DNA from: Octopus sinensis
Taxonomy: Eukaryota
NCBI RefSeq assembly: GCF_006345805.1
Contig: NC_043006.1
Span: 21,452,001 to 21,516,000 of the forward strand
Direction: 5' to 3'
Length of the DNA: 64,000 nt
Shown piece by piece: positions 1 through 13,386 of this stretch (position 1 is its first letter; the number at the start of each line of letters is the position of its first letter). A model generated the notes under the pieces. That model was not told the DNA's origin. It saw only the letters and a program-made list of their open reading frames with translations, and did not search any database. The translations under genes and the position numbers were made by a program.

Positions 1-880
1 AATCTTCTTCCCAAAAATTCAGCTGTACACTGTTGTACCCAGGTTTTCACCACTAGTTTCACCTCGTCATTGTTATCAGTTCGTTGGCTCCGAAAGTTGC
101 TCTTCATTGGACCGAGCAAGTGGAAATCGGAGTTGAAAAGTAGATGAAATCTGAGCTGTATCATAAGATGAAAGACTACTGATCGAGATGTGTTTAGTTG
201 CACATTATCATGGTGAATTTGGTTCATTTTCAGGTTTCTGTTCTGTCTCTACTTATTGCTGACCTGTCTAAGCGTTTTTGAGTATCTTCATATAATGCTC
301 ACCGTTCACAGTATAACCATATTCCAGGAAATTAAGGTGAATATGTCTGTGCTATCTTCATCAATAAAAAAATAAGTACTGGGCAATATTTTCAGTACCG
401 ATCGCTAGATCTTTAAATTTTTAGGCCTTGCAGAAGAGTTGAGACGCTGTCTCATGGACTGATCCGTTTTCCCGTATCATAAAGATAGACCGTCGTTTCA
501 TACCATATCACCGACCTAAAGAAAAGCGTGTCTTCATTGGCTTGAAACGCTTCCAGCAGATCAGAGCAGATTTCACTCCTCTCCCTTTCAATTCGAGTGT
601 CAGCTACTTTGCACACGCTTTCCAGAATCTTCTGTAATGCATCGGAATCACAGACTAGATGTTCAACAAGCTTAAGCTTGTGATTCAGATGACCATACAA
701 ATCAATTCTTCCACTCGGAGACGATTAGTGTCGATGGTCACAGTTCATAGCCTCCGACTGTATGGTTTGTCTGCAATATTGGTTTCTTCTTCATTAAACT
801 TCAGTCTTCTGCTCACATTGCTCTTGCCAATGGGATCATTTCTGAAAATAACTTAGAACCTTTTATAGATGTCACACATA
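1..880 (-). mobile_element. Decayed mariner (Tc1/mariner) transposase remnant, running off the window start
   Basis: Minus-strand translations give FFRSVIWYETTVYLYDTGKR (cf. IVTGDETWVY.YDPETK), QIHHDNVQ (cf. LHHDNARPH) and SDFHLLGPMKSNFRSQRTDNNDEVK (cf. SDFHLFGPMK..LRG..F..DEEVK). Frames are broken. Confidence 0.8.
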
Positions 881-907
881 TTGCACCCTCAATTTCATCA
901 ACAGTTC

Positions 908-1332
908 AAGGCGGCGATCTGGCAGAAACGTTAGCACGCCGGGTGAAATGCTTTGCGGTATTTCGTCTGCCTTTTTCGTTCTGAGTTCAAATTCCGCCGA
1001 GGTCGACTTTGCCTTTCATCTTTTCGGGGTCGATTAAATAAGTACCAGTTATGCACTGGGGTCGATGTAATCGACTTAATCCATTTGTCTGTCCTTGTTT
1101 GTCCTCTCTGTGTTTAGCCTCTTGTGGGTAGTATAGAAATTGGTATTTCGTCTGCGGCTACGTTCTGAGTTCAATTTCCGCCGAGGTCGACTTTGCCTTT
1201 CATCCTTTCGGGGACGATTAACTAAGTACCAGTTACGCACTGGGATCGATGTAATCGATTCAACCCGTTTGTTTGTCCTTGTTTGTCCCCTCTGTGTTTA
1301 GCCCCTTGTGGGCAGTAAAGAAATAGGTATTT
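908..1332 (+). mobile_element. SINE family M (head AAGGCGGCGAGCTGGCAGA), copy with tandemly doubled body
   Basis: A-box-like TGGCAGAAACG, B-box-like GAGTTCAAATTCC, then GTCGACTTTGCCTTTCATCCTTTCGGGGTCGAT..AAGTACC, which resembles the Meta/Sauria-type SINE central domain as I recall it. More than 15 copies in the window. Confidence 0.85.
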
Positions 1333-1558
1333 GGTGACAGCTTGGAACCATTTACCATCCTGAAACGAAGAAGAAATGAAGGAATATTACAGAGAAAGAG
1401 TTGCCTTAACCAATTCATGCAATTTCTTTTAATTGACAAAATCAGTTAAAAAAAGTTCTATTTAGTTTTACATTTCTATCGTACGACTGTACGATAGTGC
1501 GTGTTAAAACTGTTTCCTATTTAGACACACACACGCACACACACACACACACACACAC

Positions 1559-1611
<53 letters not shown>

Positions 1612-1668
1612 AGGCACACATATATATACGTGTATATATACATACATAAATTCATATATATATATTAT

Positions 1669-1712
<44 letters not shown>

Positions 1713-1728
1713 GTATGTATATATATAT

Positions 1729-1999
1729 CACGTGATCACTTGACCGACCAGACCATCAGATGTTGTTACACATCGCGTTCGCATTGTTTTACCCTTCGAA
1801 TGACGCCACCCCGCTGGCTAAGCGAGCAGGCCAACAGAAGAAAGAGTGGGAGAAAGAGTGGTGAAAGAGTACAGCAGGGATCACCACCCCCTGCCGGAGC
1901 GTCGTGGAGCTTTTAGGTGTTTTCGCTCAATAAACACTCACAAACCGCGATCCTACGACCGCGAGTCCGCTGCCCTAACCACTGGGCCATTGCGCCTCC
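1729..1999 (-). mobile_element. SINE family R (tRNA-Arg-like head), tail type B, internally deleted
   Basis: Reverse complement of GGAGGCGCAATGGCCCAGTGGTTAGGGCAGCGGACTCGCGG head; tail ends GGTCGGTCA..GTGAT next to (TA)n. Confidence 0.85.
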
Positions 2000-2013
2000 A
2001 CATATGTATATAT

Positions 2014-2155
<142 letters not shown>

Positions 2156-2251
2156 TTTTTTATTTCTAAGTCTCTCTAAAGGAGCTACGGCAGCGGTACT
2201 GGATATATATATATATATATATATATAATTATATATATATATATATAATAT

Positions 2252-2289
<38 letters not shown>

Positions 2290-2767
2290 ATCAAAAAAGG
2301 GTAATAACATAGATTACTACTACCAGTGGCCCAGCACAAAAGACGAATTAGTCATTAGACAAAATATTATTCATATAGAAAAATATTATTCATATAGAAA
2401 TATAATTAAGGGCTCCCAAATAAGGATGCCAAGTACTAGGGACACAAAAAAAGGGGATAAATTCATCGAGAGTGAAAATCAAAAACATTTACCATTAACG
2501 ATATATCCCGGACTGATCAATTTCTACCTCTTTCTAGCAAAACAGACAGAATATGTTTGCTAAGGCCGGTTTCATCAGCGAGACGCCTTTGTTAATTCGA
2601 GATGCACAGAGCGTTAGACCATGTGTTGATCTAAACAATTTGTAAATCTTAACTTTTCAAACCTCTGCGCAGACGCAAAATCTACCCAGTTGATATAGGC
2701 ATGCCGGGGAAAAATTCTACGAACAAACCTATCATAATATGTGAATATAATCTATATACATATATAT

Positions 2768-2801
<34 letters not shown>

Positions 2802-3609
2802 CTTGGTGTGGGGAGGCTTTCAGATAGTCGCTCGGCCAGCTAGAAATACCTTCTAAAACTCCCTTAAACTACATCTTAAAAAATCGTTAGTACGTGTTGG
2901 TCTGAAAATAAAATGGGTTTGTCATGGCAGGAATGTATGAGTCTGAATAAACCATAACAGTGTTTTTTTTTTTTTCTCAAAGCATTCTCAAACTGTTTCT
3001 GTTACGTTTCTGTCAGCGTCCTATCACTGGGTTGCGTGCGACATTCTTTTCTTTTGCAAGTGTAAATATTTTCTTCTATAATACTTTTTCTTTTCTATTT
3101 AATATTGTGTTGTAGTGGAGTATATTTCTTCGTTCTTTCTGGTGATATTTTTATCGTTTTGCTACTTTATTTGAGTAGAATATGTGCAATGTTTGTTCTG
3201 GATGATTACCCGTGATTCGAGATAGGTTGTGGGTATCGTGTTATATACGGAAGATTCGGATGGAGATTGTGTAATGTATGCGCTGTGTAGGTTGTGTTAT
3301 ATAAACGTTCGTCCTATGTTATGTGTGCGTGTGTATGTGTTTGAATTCTGTTATTTCATTGGATGTTCGTTACATAGAGTATATGACGTGTTTCTGCGTG
3401 TGTAAATGAGCGTGTATATGCGTGCGTTGTGTGATATTCCATAGCGTGATGCATGTATTATAAACATATATATTAGACATTAGATATTAGATATCAGATG
3501 CATATACATATAATAAATAAATCTATGTATGTATGTATGTATGTATCTATTTATACACATTTGTTTGTTTGTATATATGTATGTATATATATGTATATAT
3601 CTATATCTA

Positions 3610-3664
<55 letters not shown>

Positions 3665-3908
3665 TATACACACACACACACACATATATACATATATATA
3701 CATACATACATACATACATACATACATACATACATACATACATACATAGTTTGATTCCTGCAGGATCAAATTTAATAGCAACAGCCATTCATCATAAGTT
3801 TGTGTGGGGGTGAGTGTGTGTATATACATATATGAATGTGTGTGTATGTAAGTATGTATGTATGTATGTATGTATGTATGTATGTATGTATGTATGTATG
3901 TATGTGTG

Positions 3909-3942
<34 letters not shown>

Positions 3943-4751
3943 TGTATGTATGTATGTATGTATGTATGTATGTATATCCTGTGTGGATGATGCTATTGAA
4001 TTTGTTGATGATTCTACAGAAATTATGCTATACGAATTACGCTATTCAACTGAAAAGATGTTGGCTGTATATTGCAGAGTTAAGTTAATTAATAATAGTA
4101 ATAAACAGTCTTTTGAATAAATAGTGATAAATGGTAAATTTAGCGTGTCTTTCGTAAACATGTATTTTCAGTTTCATTTTGAAAAGCAGATACCTTATCT
4201 AAACCATATATTTTCCTGGCTAATGATCAGAACCTCAGAAATCTACGTGACAAGTTGCAGTGTTTAGTTCTTCATCAGAGATCGTTTAATCTTTTTTTTT
4301 CCTAGCCACAGGGTGAATAGTTGCTTATCGCTGCTTAAATATCATTTTTTTGTATATATAATATATTATATATATATATATATATTATATATATATATAA
4401 TATATATATATACCCAGGCTTATTCCTATTTTTTAGGAAGGGTAGGCACAACAAGACACACACTAAGCATTTCCTTCATTTCCCAGCTCAAAGAGGCATG
4501 TCTCGGTCTATGTATGCTCGAGAAAAGGCATAGAATTCAACCCCCAATATCAGCAGCGGGGACCGACTGCATTTTCTGGTTTACCCCCGCCGTATCCTGC
4601 TGGCTCCGTACCACTTTGAGTAACATCACATTCATTCATTCGTCCACAAACACTCCCCAAGCTTTCACATTTATAATATATTTACATATATATATTTATA
4701 ATATACATACATATATATTAAATGTATGTATATATGTGTGTGTGTGTGTGT

Positions 4752-4980
4752 AGTTTATAGACAAGAGACAGATGTTCTCCGTATAGAATAGACTCCGTAG
4801 TGCTGAAGAGATTTCAACTTGAGAAGGTAGAGGAGTAAATGTAAGATCAAGTTAGGCAAGTCGATATACAAAAAATATTAAATACATTTCATACAGAAAA
4901 TCAGATAATACCAGCTTCTGTCTTCGAGGAAGAATTTTACATTTGAGGTGTTGATAGAAAAGAAATTAAAGGTGGAATGA
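4752..4980 (-). mobile_element. Diverged, internally deleted copy of the PLE-like element at 54990-55410
   Basis: Colinear with the reverse complement of 55065-55130 and 55295-55410 (e.g. GCAAGTCGATATACAAAA, TTTTACATTTGAGGTGTTGA). Confidence 0.65.
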
Positions 4981-5126
4981 TTTTGTGGAGAACTAAGCAT
5001 ATTAGAAAGGGGAGTTGAGGGGTATATAGATAGAGAGTGGTGGAAAAGAAAGATAAATTTTAGGATTAGGGGTTATTAATGGCGCTAGATACATCATATA
5101 TATATATGTATTTGATACATATATAT

Positions 5127-5183
<57 letters not shown>

Positions 5184-5360
5184 CAGATGGGGGTGTGAAG
5201 TTAGGATATTTCCAAATTTGCAAGGAAGCACTCGGGCCGAATACTGGGCTATCAACATTGTCGGATTCCCGGCCAAAGCTGGTATTCTTTATGCGTAGAA
5301 AATCCAAGTTACGTGACGATTATACCATAAAATGGATTCGGTGGATAGCAAATAATCCAA

Positions 5361-5650
5361 AGAAGAAGAAGAAGAAGAAGAAGAAGAAGAAGAAGAAGAA
5401 TAACAAGAAGAAGAAGAAGAACAAGAACAAGAACAAGAACAAGAACAAGAACAAGAACAAGGAGAGGAGGAGGAGGAGGAGGAGGAGGGGAGGAAGCTGA
5501 TGATGGAGAAGAAAAATGATGGAAAAGAAGATGATGATAAAAAGATGATGATGATGATGATGAGAAGAGGAAGAAGAAGAAGAGAAGAAGAAGAAGAAGA
5601 AGAAGAAGAAGAAGAAGAAGAAGAAGAAGAAGAAGAAGAAGAAGAAGAAT
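5361..5650. repeat. Compound (AAG)n/(AACAAG)n/(AGG)n/(GAT)n microsatellite
   Basis: Directly visible. Confidence 0.95.
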
Positions 5651-5905
5651 CTTTAATACATATTTAATCGTAAATTACAATAGTTTCCTTAACATCACTA
5701 TTTGCAACGCCAGTTTACACAAAAATTCTTAATGAAAATTCAAATAATGTTAGCGGTCTTAGACATTAGAAAGCCACTTCATCCGACTTGCATCGAAGCT
5801 GTGATATCGCAATGCTTCGAAAACTATCATAACCAGATTAATTTCACATGCCAAGATTACTTATTGAAACACCTCGCTCCTTTTGTGTTGTAGACTATCG
5901 ATGGT

Positions 5906-6273
5906 TGAGGCGCCATGGCCCAGTGGTTAGGGCAGCGGACTCGCGGTTTCGATTCCCAGACCGGGCGTTGTGAGTGTTTATTGAGCGAAAACACCTAAAG
6001 CTCCACGCAGCTCCGGCAGGGGTTGGTGGTGATCCCTGCTGTACTCTTTCACCACAACTTTCTCTCACTCTTACTTCCTGTTTCTGTTGTACCTGTATTT
6101 CAAAGGGGCCGGCCTTGTCACTCTCTGTGTCACTCTGAATATCCCCGAGAACTACGTTAAGGGTACACGTGTCTGTGGAGTGCTCAGCCACTTACACGTT
6201 AATTTCACGAGCAGGCTGTTCCGTTGATCGGATCAACCGGAACCCTCGTCGTCGTAACCGACGGAGTGCTTCC
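5906..6273 (+). mobile_element. SINE family R, tail type A, with 12-bp TSD
   Basis: tRNA-like head; tail ends CCGACGGAGTGCTTCC; TSD AGACTATCGATG at 5892-5903 and 6274-6285. Confidence 0.9.
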
Positions 6274-6743
6274 AGACTATCGATGCTTTTCCTCTATTGT
6301 TCTTGACTTTGGGCTATCTCCTGCTCTAAGTCTTGTTGGTTTTGATAACGTCATCGATGCTTCTGTAACTTTGCTTTTTTATAGATAGGGTCGTGGGCCC
6401 TACACGATCCCTTTTTTTACCTTTGTTAAGGGGCGGTCCATATTATTTTGGCCTCTATCTTTTGACTAGTTAGCATAAGAATCCTTTCAGGGAACTTGCA
6501 CCTCACTGACACCCGAGCAGGGAGCGAGCTTTGTGGTGGACAGGCTATGATTGCTGCATGCTTATAACCATTATTCACTGTATGTATTGAAGTATTGGCG
6601 TGTTGCCCAATAAACATAGCTGTCTGCCTGGTTATTTCACTAAAGAGATTCCTTGATTGGCTCCAGTTGGATGCTCTCTCTTATCAGGAAGACCACAGCA
6701 TTCTTGTAGTTGCAATATTTTATACTATGCATAGAATCTATTT

Positions 6744-6801
<58 letters not shown>

Positions 6802-6904
6802 ATTCTCTTTCTTCACCACCCAAATTTTATGTGAATTCCCACAATAACTTTTTACCTGTCTTTATAAAGTCCTCTTCATCTGACGCCCATTGGCATATAA
6901 GAAA

Positions 6905-6918
6905 TAATCACCATTACG

Positions 6919-6989
<71 letters not shown>

Positions 6990-7137
6990 TATCATCATCA
7001 TCACCATCATCGCCATCATCATCATCATCCTCATCATCATCATCATCATCGCCATCATCATCATCATCGCCATCATCATCATTATCAGCATCATCATCAT
7101 CATCATCATCATCATCTTCGCCATCATCATCATCATC
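6905..7137. repeat. (CAT)n microsatellite
   Basis: Directly visible; source of the poly-H/D/M ORFs. Confidence 0.95.
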
Positions 7138-7256
7138 CTTTCGGGATCGATGAAATAAGTACCAGTTGCGCATCGGAGTCGATTAATTCCAGTAGCACTC
7201 TCCCACAAAATTTCAGGCTTTGTGTCTTCAGTAGAAATTACTATTATTTTTTTTTG

Positions 7257-7290
<34 letters not shown>

Positions 7291-7291
7291 T

Positions 7292-7503
7292 AAGGCGGTG
7301 ATCTGGCAGAATCGTTAGCACGCCGGGCGATATGCCTAGCAGTATTTCGCCTGTCGCTAAATTCTGAGTTCAAATTTCGCCGAGGTCGACTTTGTCTTTC
7401 ATACTTTCGGGGTCGATAAATGAAGTACCAGTGAAACACTGGAGTTGATGAAATCGATTAGTCCCCTCCCCCACAAATTTCAAGCTTTGTGCCTTTAGTA
7501 GGA

Positions 7504-7544
<41 letters not shown>

Positions 7545-7545
7545 G

Positions 7546-7592
<47 letters not shown>

Positions 7593-7960
7593 GGCGGCGA
7601 GCTGGCAGAATCGTTTGCACGCCGGGCGAAATGCTTAGTAGTATTTCGTCTGCCGTTATGTTCTGAGTTCAAATTCCGCCGAGGTCGACTTTGCCTTTCA
7701 TCCTTTCGGGGTCGATAAATTAAGTACCAGTTACGCACTGGGGTCGATCTAATGTAATTTGTATGTCCCTGTTTGTCCCATCCGTGTGTAGCCCCTTGTG
7801 GGCAGTAAAGAAGTAGGTATTTTGCTCGTCGCTACGTTCTGGGTTCAAATTTGCCTCTCATACTTTCGGGGGGCCAATAAAATAAGTACCAATTGAACAC
7901 TGCGTTTGATGTAATCGACTCATCCCACTGCCCCCAAGCTGCTCTTGTGGAAAATATTTG
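7292..7960 (+). mobile_element. Cluster of SINE family M copies (7292-7505, 7591-7960) separated by (ATT)n
   Basis: Two AAGGCGG(T/C)GA heads with Meta-like cores; further fragments at about 7135-7240 and 8085-8420. Confidence 0.85.
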
Positions 7961-8002
7961 AAATAATAATAATAATATTTATTATTATTATTATTATTAT
8001 TA

Positions 8003-8054
<52 letters not shown>

Positions 8055-8191
8055 CATTATTATTATTATTATTATTACTATTATTGATAAAATTAAGTTC
8101 AAGTCAGGATAATGTGATCGACTTAACCCCTTCCCTCAAAATTGCTGGCCTTGTGCGAAAATTAGAAGACAATATCATCATTACTTGTGTT

Positions 8192-8224
<33 letters not shown>

Positions 8225-8225
8225 T

Positions 8226-8264
<39 letters not shown>

Positions 8265-8505
8265 AACTTTTGGTGGTTTCTGGTGTGCTGTTTGTTCCTC
8301 CACTTTACCTTTCATCCTTGTGATGTCGCTAAAATAAAGTACCAGCCAGGTACTGGAGCCACTGTAACAGACTAAACTTTACCCTCAGATCCAATATTTT
8401 GATTAAATTAAACTCAGCAATTATCATCAATATTCTTGTTGTTGATGGTGCTTTTGATATTTCTGTTGTTGCGGACAATAAAAGTTTTGTTAATATTATT
8501 CGATA

Positions 8506-8890
8506 GTGGAGGCGCAATGGCCCAGTGGTTAGGGCAGCCGACTCGCGGTCGGAGGATCGCAGTTTCGATTCCCAGACCGGGCATTGTGAGTGTTTATTGA
8601 GCGAAAACACCTAAAAGCTCCACGAGGCTCCGGCAGGGGGTGGTGGTGAACCCTGCTGTACCCTTTCACCACAACTTTCTCTCGCTCTTTCTTCCTGTTT
8701 CTCTTGTACCTGTATTTCAAAGGGCCAGCCTTGTCACATTCTGTGTGTCACGCTGAATCTCCTCGAGAACTACGTTAAGGGTACACGTGTCTGTGGAGTG
8801 CTCAGCCACTTACACGTTAATTTCACGAGCAGGCTGTTCCGTTGATCGTATCAGCTGGGACCCTCATCGTCGCAACCGACGGAGTGCTCC
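8506..8890 (+). mobile_element. SINE family R, tail type A, with 12-bp TSD
   Basis: TSD TATTATTCGATA at 8494-8505 and 8891-8902. Confidence 0.9.
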
Positions 8891-9560
8891 TATTATTCGA
8901 TAATTTCATTTTTAATATGCGTTTTCGCTTTTCTGTGTGTATTATGTACGTGCAATGTTTTGTTTTCGTTTTGCATTTACCTGCTTCTCTGAAAGTACTC
9001 ATTGCATATAACATACTTATCTTCGTCGTGCCTAGTGGTGCTAAATTGTGTTCATCCTTAACATTGTCTTGACTATTGCTTTCATCATTAATTCTGAGTG
9101 TTTTGCCGTGTATTTGTCTGAGTCGTCTTCAATCATTCCCGCGGCACCTATTGTTATAGTTATCTCTATTAATATATATTTGTTGGATTCTATAAACGAG
9201 ATCCACAATTCTTATTTAGATTATTCATCCTGGGCTATCTTTCTCTGAAGAGATACAACCAGAGGAAACATCTCAGAGTCTCAAGGTTTTTCTTGGTTCG
9301 ATAAATCGAGTGTACTGTAAACACACATTGTCTGAAAGGACAAGGTGTTCTCCATGAACAAAATACAATAACGATTAGTTCATTCACGTTCGAATCTGCC
9401 AAGATGCAATAAGAATGAATATTTACTTCATTGCTTTGATTCTCAGTGTTTTTCGTACACTTGAATTAATATCGGTTTGGCAGCCATCAGCACGCATCCG
9501 CAAATAATTTGTTTTAATTGAGTTCTATAAACAAGGAGCAACAATATTTGTGTAGACTTT

Positions 9561-9700
9561 TTCAATTCAATTCAATTTTTATTGGCTCAAAAAGCAAAAG
9601 CAAGGCCATGTAGGGGGACAGGGAGTTATGTACAAGGAGGGTGGTCATACAAAGAGTTCAGGCCATTTCTGGTCAAGAGACACAACCAGGACGAAATTCC
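9561..9700 (-). mobile_element. Probable 3' end of a LINE (AATAAA followed by (ATTGA)n tail)
   Basis: TTCAATTCAATTCAATTTTTATT abuts a GC-richer block unlike its surroundings. Family not established. Confidence 0.4.
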
Positions 9701-11900
9701 ACAGTGTCTCGCAGTCTCCTTAGTTCAACGAATCTTTGTGTTGTGAATATACATTGTCTTAAAGGAGATGTTATTCTCTAAATGTGAAATTCAACAGTAT
9801 ATGCACGACCGCGTCTTCCGAACCGTATTAAGAATCAATGCAATGCATACGTCATTCTTGCTATATTTGGATAATTTCTTTATTTCATTTAGAAATATTA
9901 TCGTCTGCGCGGACTGCCACAGCCCAGAGTATTGTTTTCTCTGTTTATATTTGATTGCATAATATTTTGTGTGTGATAAATGTAACTGTCATGTCTTAGA
10001 TATATTCTTTCTTGATTAAGTAATATAGTATAACGAGAGGCAACGTGATTAATATTTTTGGTTCAGCCTCCGCGTATTTTACACCTGTTTGATGTATTCT
10101 GCTTCATTACATAATTTTGTTGGTTTCTGCTGTACAGTCAACAATCCTTAAGTCTTGCCCAGTGCAACAATTTACCTACGCATATTTTCACCCTGTTCTG
10201 TCTTTTCAGGTACTGGCCATGTAGATGCTTTTCTAGTCACCATTTTATCATAGTATTCTGTTGCCGCATTATTCTAGTTTTAGAATTTATTCAGTTTCTC
10301 TTGTTTCTCCTTTCTTCTTATAAGTGCGTCATTTCGGTCTCTGTATAGCAGTTGCTGGCCCCATTGAAAGCTTAAAACTGATTTTGGTATTTTTTTTTCG
10401 TGCCTTTTAGCTATTTATATCAGTTTTCCATTGTCACTCACAAGATATCTTTGAGTTTTTATAATAGTTTTCTATTTTTATACAGGCATTATTTACTAGT
10501 ATTTTTTTTTCATATAATCACTAATTGCTTGCATTTCCTTTTTCATACAAGCATTATTTGCTTGTATTTATAGTAAATATAATGCCAGGATTAAATGGTG
10601 TATTCTGAAGGCAATTCTTACTTCACTTTTCTCATTTTCTGTCAACTCTTGTTAATTCATTTAGTGTCTACTTGAGAAATTATAACAGTAATTTATCACT
10701 TTAATGGCTACAAATATTTTTTTTGGATCTTTTCGGTTTGAACGACAGTTTTTTCTAGCGGTGTCATATGAAATTGTCACCCATAATTAAGGCCCCTAGT
10801 ATCGATCTATTGAATTTCAATCTGTTTTAGGGTTAGGATTAGGGGTGGGGGTAAGGGTATCTTTTTTTCTTCAGAAATGTAAATAAACCCAATTGTTTCT
10901 AAATGAGGGACATATTCATACAGCACAGAATGTTTTTCCCCTCAATAGATGTCATTGATTGGTTGAAATTGCAGAAATTGAAGAAAAAAATAACAAATAT
11001 CTTACAAACTATAGAATTTTCTCAATAAAGCCAAGAGAAAAAGATGTTTTATAAACACATTCTACCACTATACGAAGTTTAAAAGTGTTTAGTTACGTGG
11101 AAATTATTTTTAAAAAACTGCGGGTCAAACCGAAAAGATCCCTTTTTTTTACCTGATACTATAACTTTTCATGTATTTTATATTATAATTATTTTATATT
11201 ATATATTATAATAAGCCTATAATTTTCTTTCTAAGCTTTCCTTTCATGTACATGCATGGTGTATTCTGTCTAGTTAGCTAGTTTGTATGTATTTGTAAAT
11301 TCTATATTCGTTCTAATCTCCTTATTTCCGTTCCTTTATCTAACGTTATGCTAGCGTTCTTAATTTTCTTCCTTTCACGGATCCTTTGGCACATTTTCCT
11401 AATTCGAAACACGTCAATTTCTTTAGTAAACCTTTGCACAGTCTAGCGTTTCTAGTTGTTTATAATGTATAGCGTACAAACTGAGGCTGTCAAAAGTTCG
11501 TTGATTGTCCTCCAGTAGCATCTCGATTCAAGTCGTATTGAGCTTATCATGATGGTTAACGGTGATCAGTAGCACAGTTGGCCATTTACTCAAGATGCAT
11601 TTAATGTAATTGCTTACTGGTGCTATATTATCCGTGGTTAATGTTTCTAAGGATATATGTCTGGGGAAGTCATGTCATGCGATGTTAAAGCCATTCTTTC
11701 TCTTACGATTTTTAGTGAAAGCTTACTTCTTACCCATGTTTTGATGAAACTGTATTTCATCTGAATTCGATCTATTTTGTGCACAACCTTATCGTTTTCA
11801 TACCGACAGATTCACTGCGAATTTGCGAGAATAAATAATTAACTTCAGATGTTCTTCAATTTTAGGTACTTTTGTTTTCGCTTTTTTTAAAATATATTTT
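9700..11900 (-). mobile_element. Possible very old LINE (R4/Dong-like) remnant
   Basis: Only scattered minus-strand peptides (GKCAKGSVKG, QRTFDS, NYIKCILSKW, KASTWPV) loosely recalling RT motifs; no open frame. Confidence 0.3.
10725..11141. mobile_element. MITE with ~30-bp TIRs (GG...CC termini) in a T-tract
   Basis: GGATCTTTTCGGTTTGAACGACAGTTTTTT versus AAAAAACTGCGGGTCAAACCGAAAAGATCC; T-runs on both sides; internal TTAGGGTTAGGATTAGGG. Confidence 0.8.
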
Positions 11901-12327
11901 GTATTACATATCCCTTCTTATTAAGTCATTGACAATTGCTATCTTTATTTAAGCTTTTTTTTCTTATTATCTTTGTGTCTTGATATGATATATGAGCATT
12001 TGAGAAACAATATCCACACTTCTATGTATCTACTGTGGTTATTTCTATGTTATTTCATTAAACTTGATTATATTAATGTTCATGCTTAATTTTACTAAAT
12101 CCACAATGGCCAGATTTATATTCATTTCTGTTGTTGTTATCTTAAGATCGTATTATTTTTGGTTAATGCAATCACCTACTTAATCTATCGAGTCCGAAAA
12201 GATGAAAGGCGAAGTCGACCTCGGCGGAATTTGAACGTAAAGACGGACGAAATGCCGCTAGGCATTTCGCCCGGCGTGCTAAAGATTCTGCCAGCTCGCC
12301 ACCCTAATAATAATAATGATGATGATG

Positions 12328-12372
<45 letters not shown>

Positions 12373-12397
12373 TAATAATAATAATAATAACAACAAC

Positions 12398-12470
<73 letters not shown>

Positions 12471-12472
<2 letters not shown>

Positions 12473-12670
12473 TCATTCTACTAAAGACACAAGGCCTGAA
12501 ATTTGTTGGGGTGGGGATTAGTCGATTACATCGACCCCAGTACTTGACTAAAAGGATGAAAGGCAAAGTCGACAACGGCGGAATTTGAACGCAGAACGTA
12601 GCGACGGGCGAAATACCGCTAAGCATTTTGTCCGGTGTACTAACGATTCTGTCAGCTAGCAATAATAATC

Positions 12671-12718
<48 letters not shown>

Positions 12719-12801
12719 TAATAATGATGATGATGATAATAATAATAATAATAAATAATAATAATAATAATAATAGTAATAATAATAATAACAACAACAA
12801 C

Positions 12802-12853
<52 letters not shown>

Positions 12854-13085
12854 TAATAATAATAATAATAACTCATTCTACTAAAGACACAAGGCCTGAA
12901 ATTTGTTGGGGTGGGGATTAGTCGATTACATCGACCCCAGTACTTGACTAAAAGGATGAAAGGCAAAGTCGACAACGGCGGAATTTGAACGCAGAACGTA
13001 GCGACGGGCGAAATACCGCTAAGCATTTTGTCCGGTGTACTAACGATTCTGTCAGCTAGCAATAATAATCATAATAATAATAATA

Positions 13086-13127
<42 letters not shown>

Positions 13128-13355
13128 TAATAATAATAATAACAATAATAATAATAATGATAATAACTCATTCTAATAAAGACACAAGGCCTGAAATTTG
13201 TTGGGGTGGGGATTAGTCGATTACATCGACCCCAATGCTTGACTAAAAGGATGAAAGGCAAAGTCGACCACGGCGGAATTTGAACGCAGAACGTAGCGAC
13301 GGGCGAAATACCACTAAGCATTTTGTCCGGTGTACTAACGATTCTGTCAGCTAGC
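12471..13355 (-). repeat. Tandem triplication of a 190-bp SINE-M unit with (AAT)n spacers
   Basis: Near-identical units at 12471-12660, 12871-13060 and 13166-13355 sharing private variants. Confidence 0.95.
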
Positions 13356-13386
13356 AATAATAATCATAATAATAATAATAATAATG

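Noticed and set aside
2560-2585. Hammerhead at minus-strand CTGATGAAACCGGCC
   Set aside because: Stem II is missing (CTGATGA overlaps GAAA) and there is no NUH triplet; at most a deleted relic.
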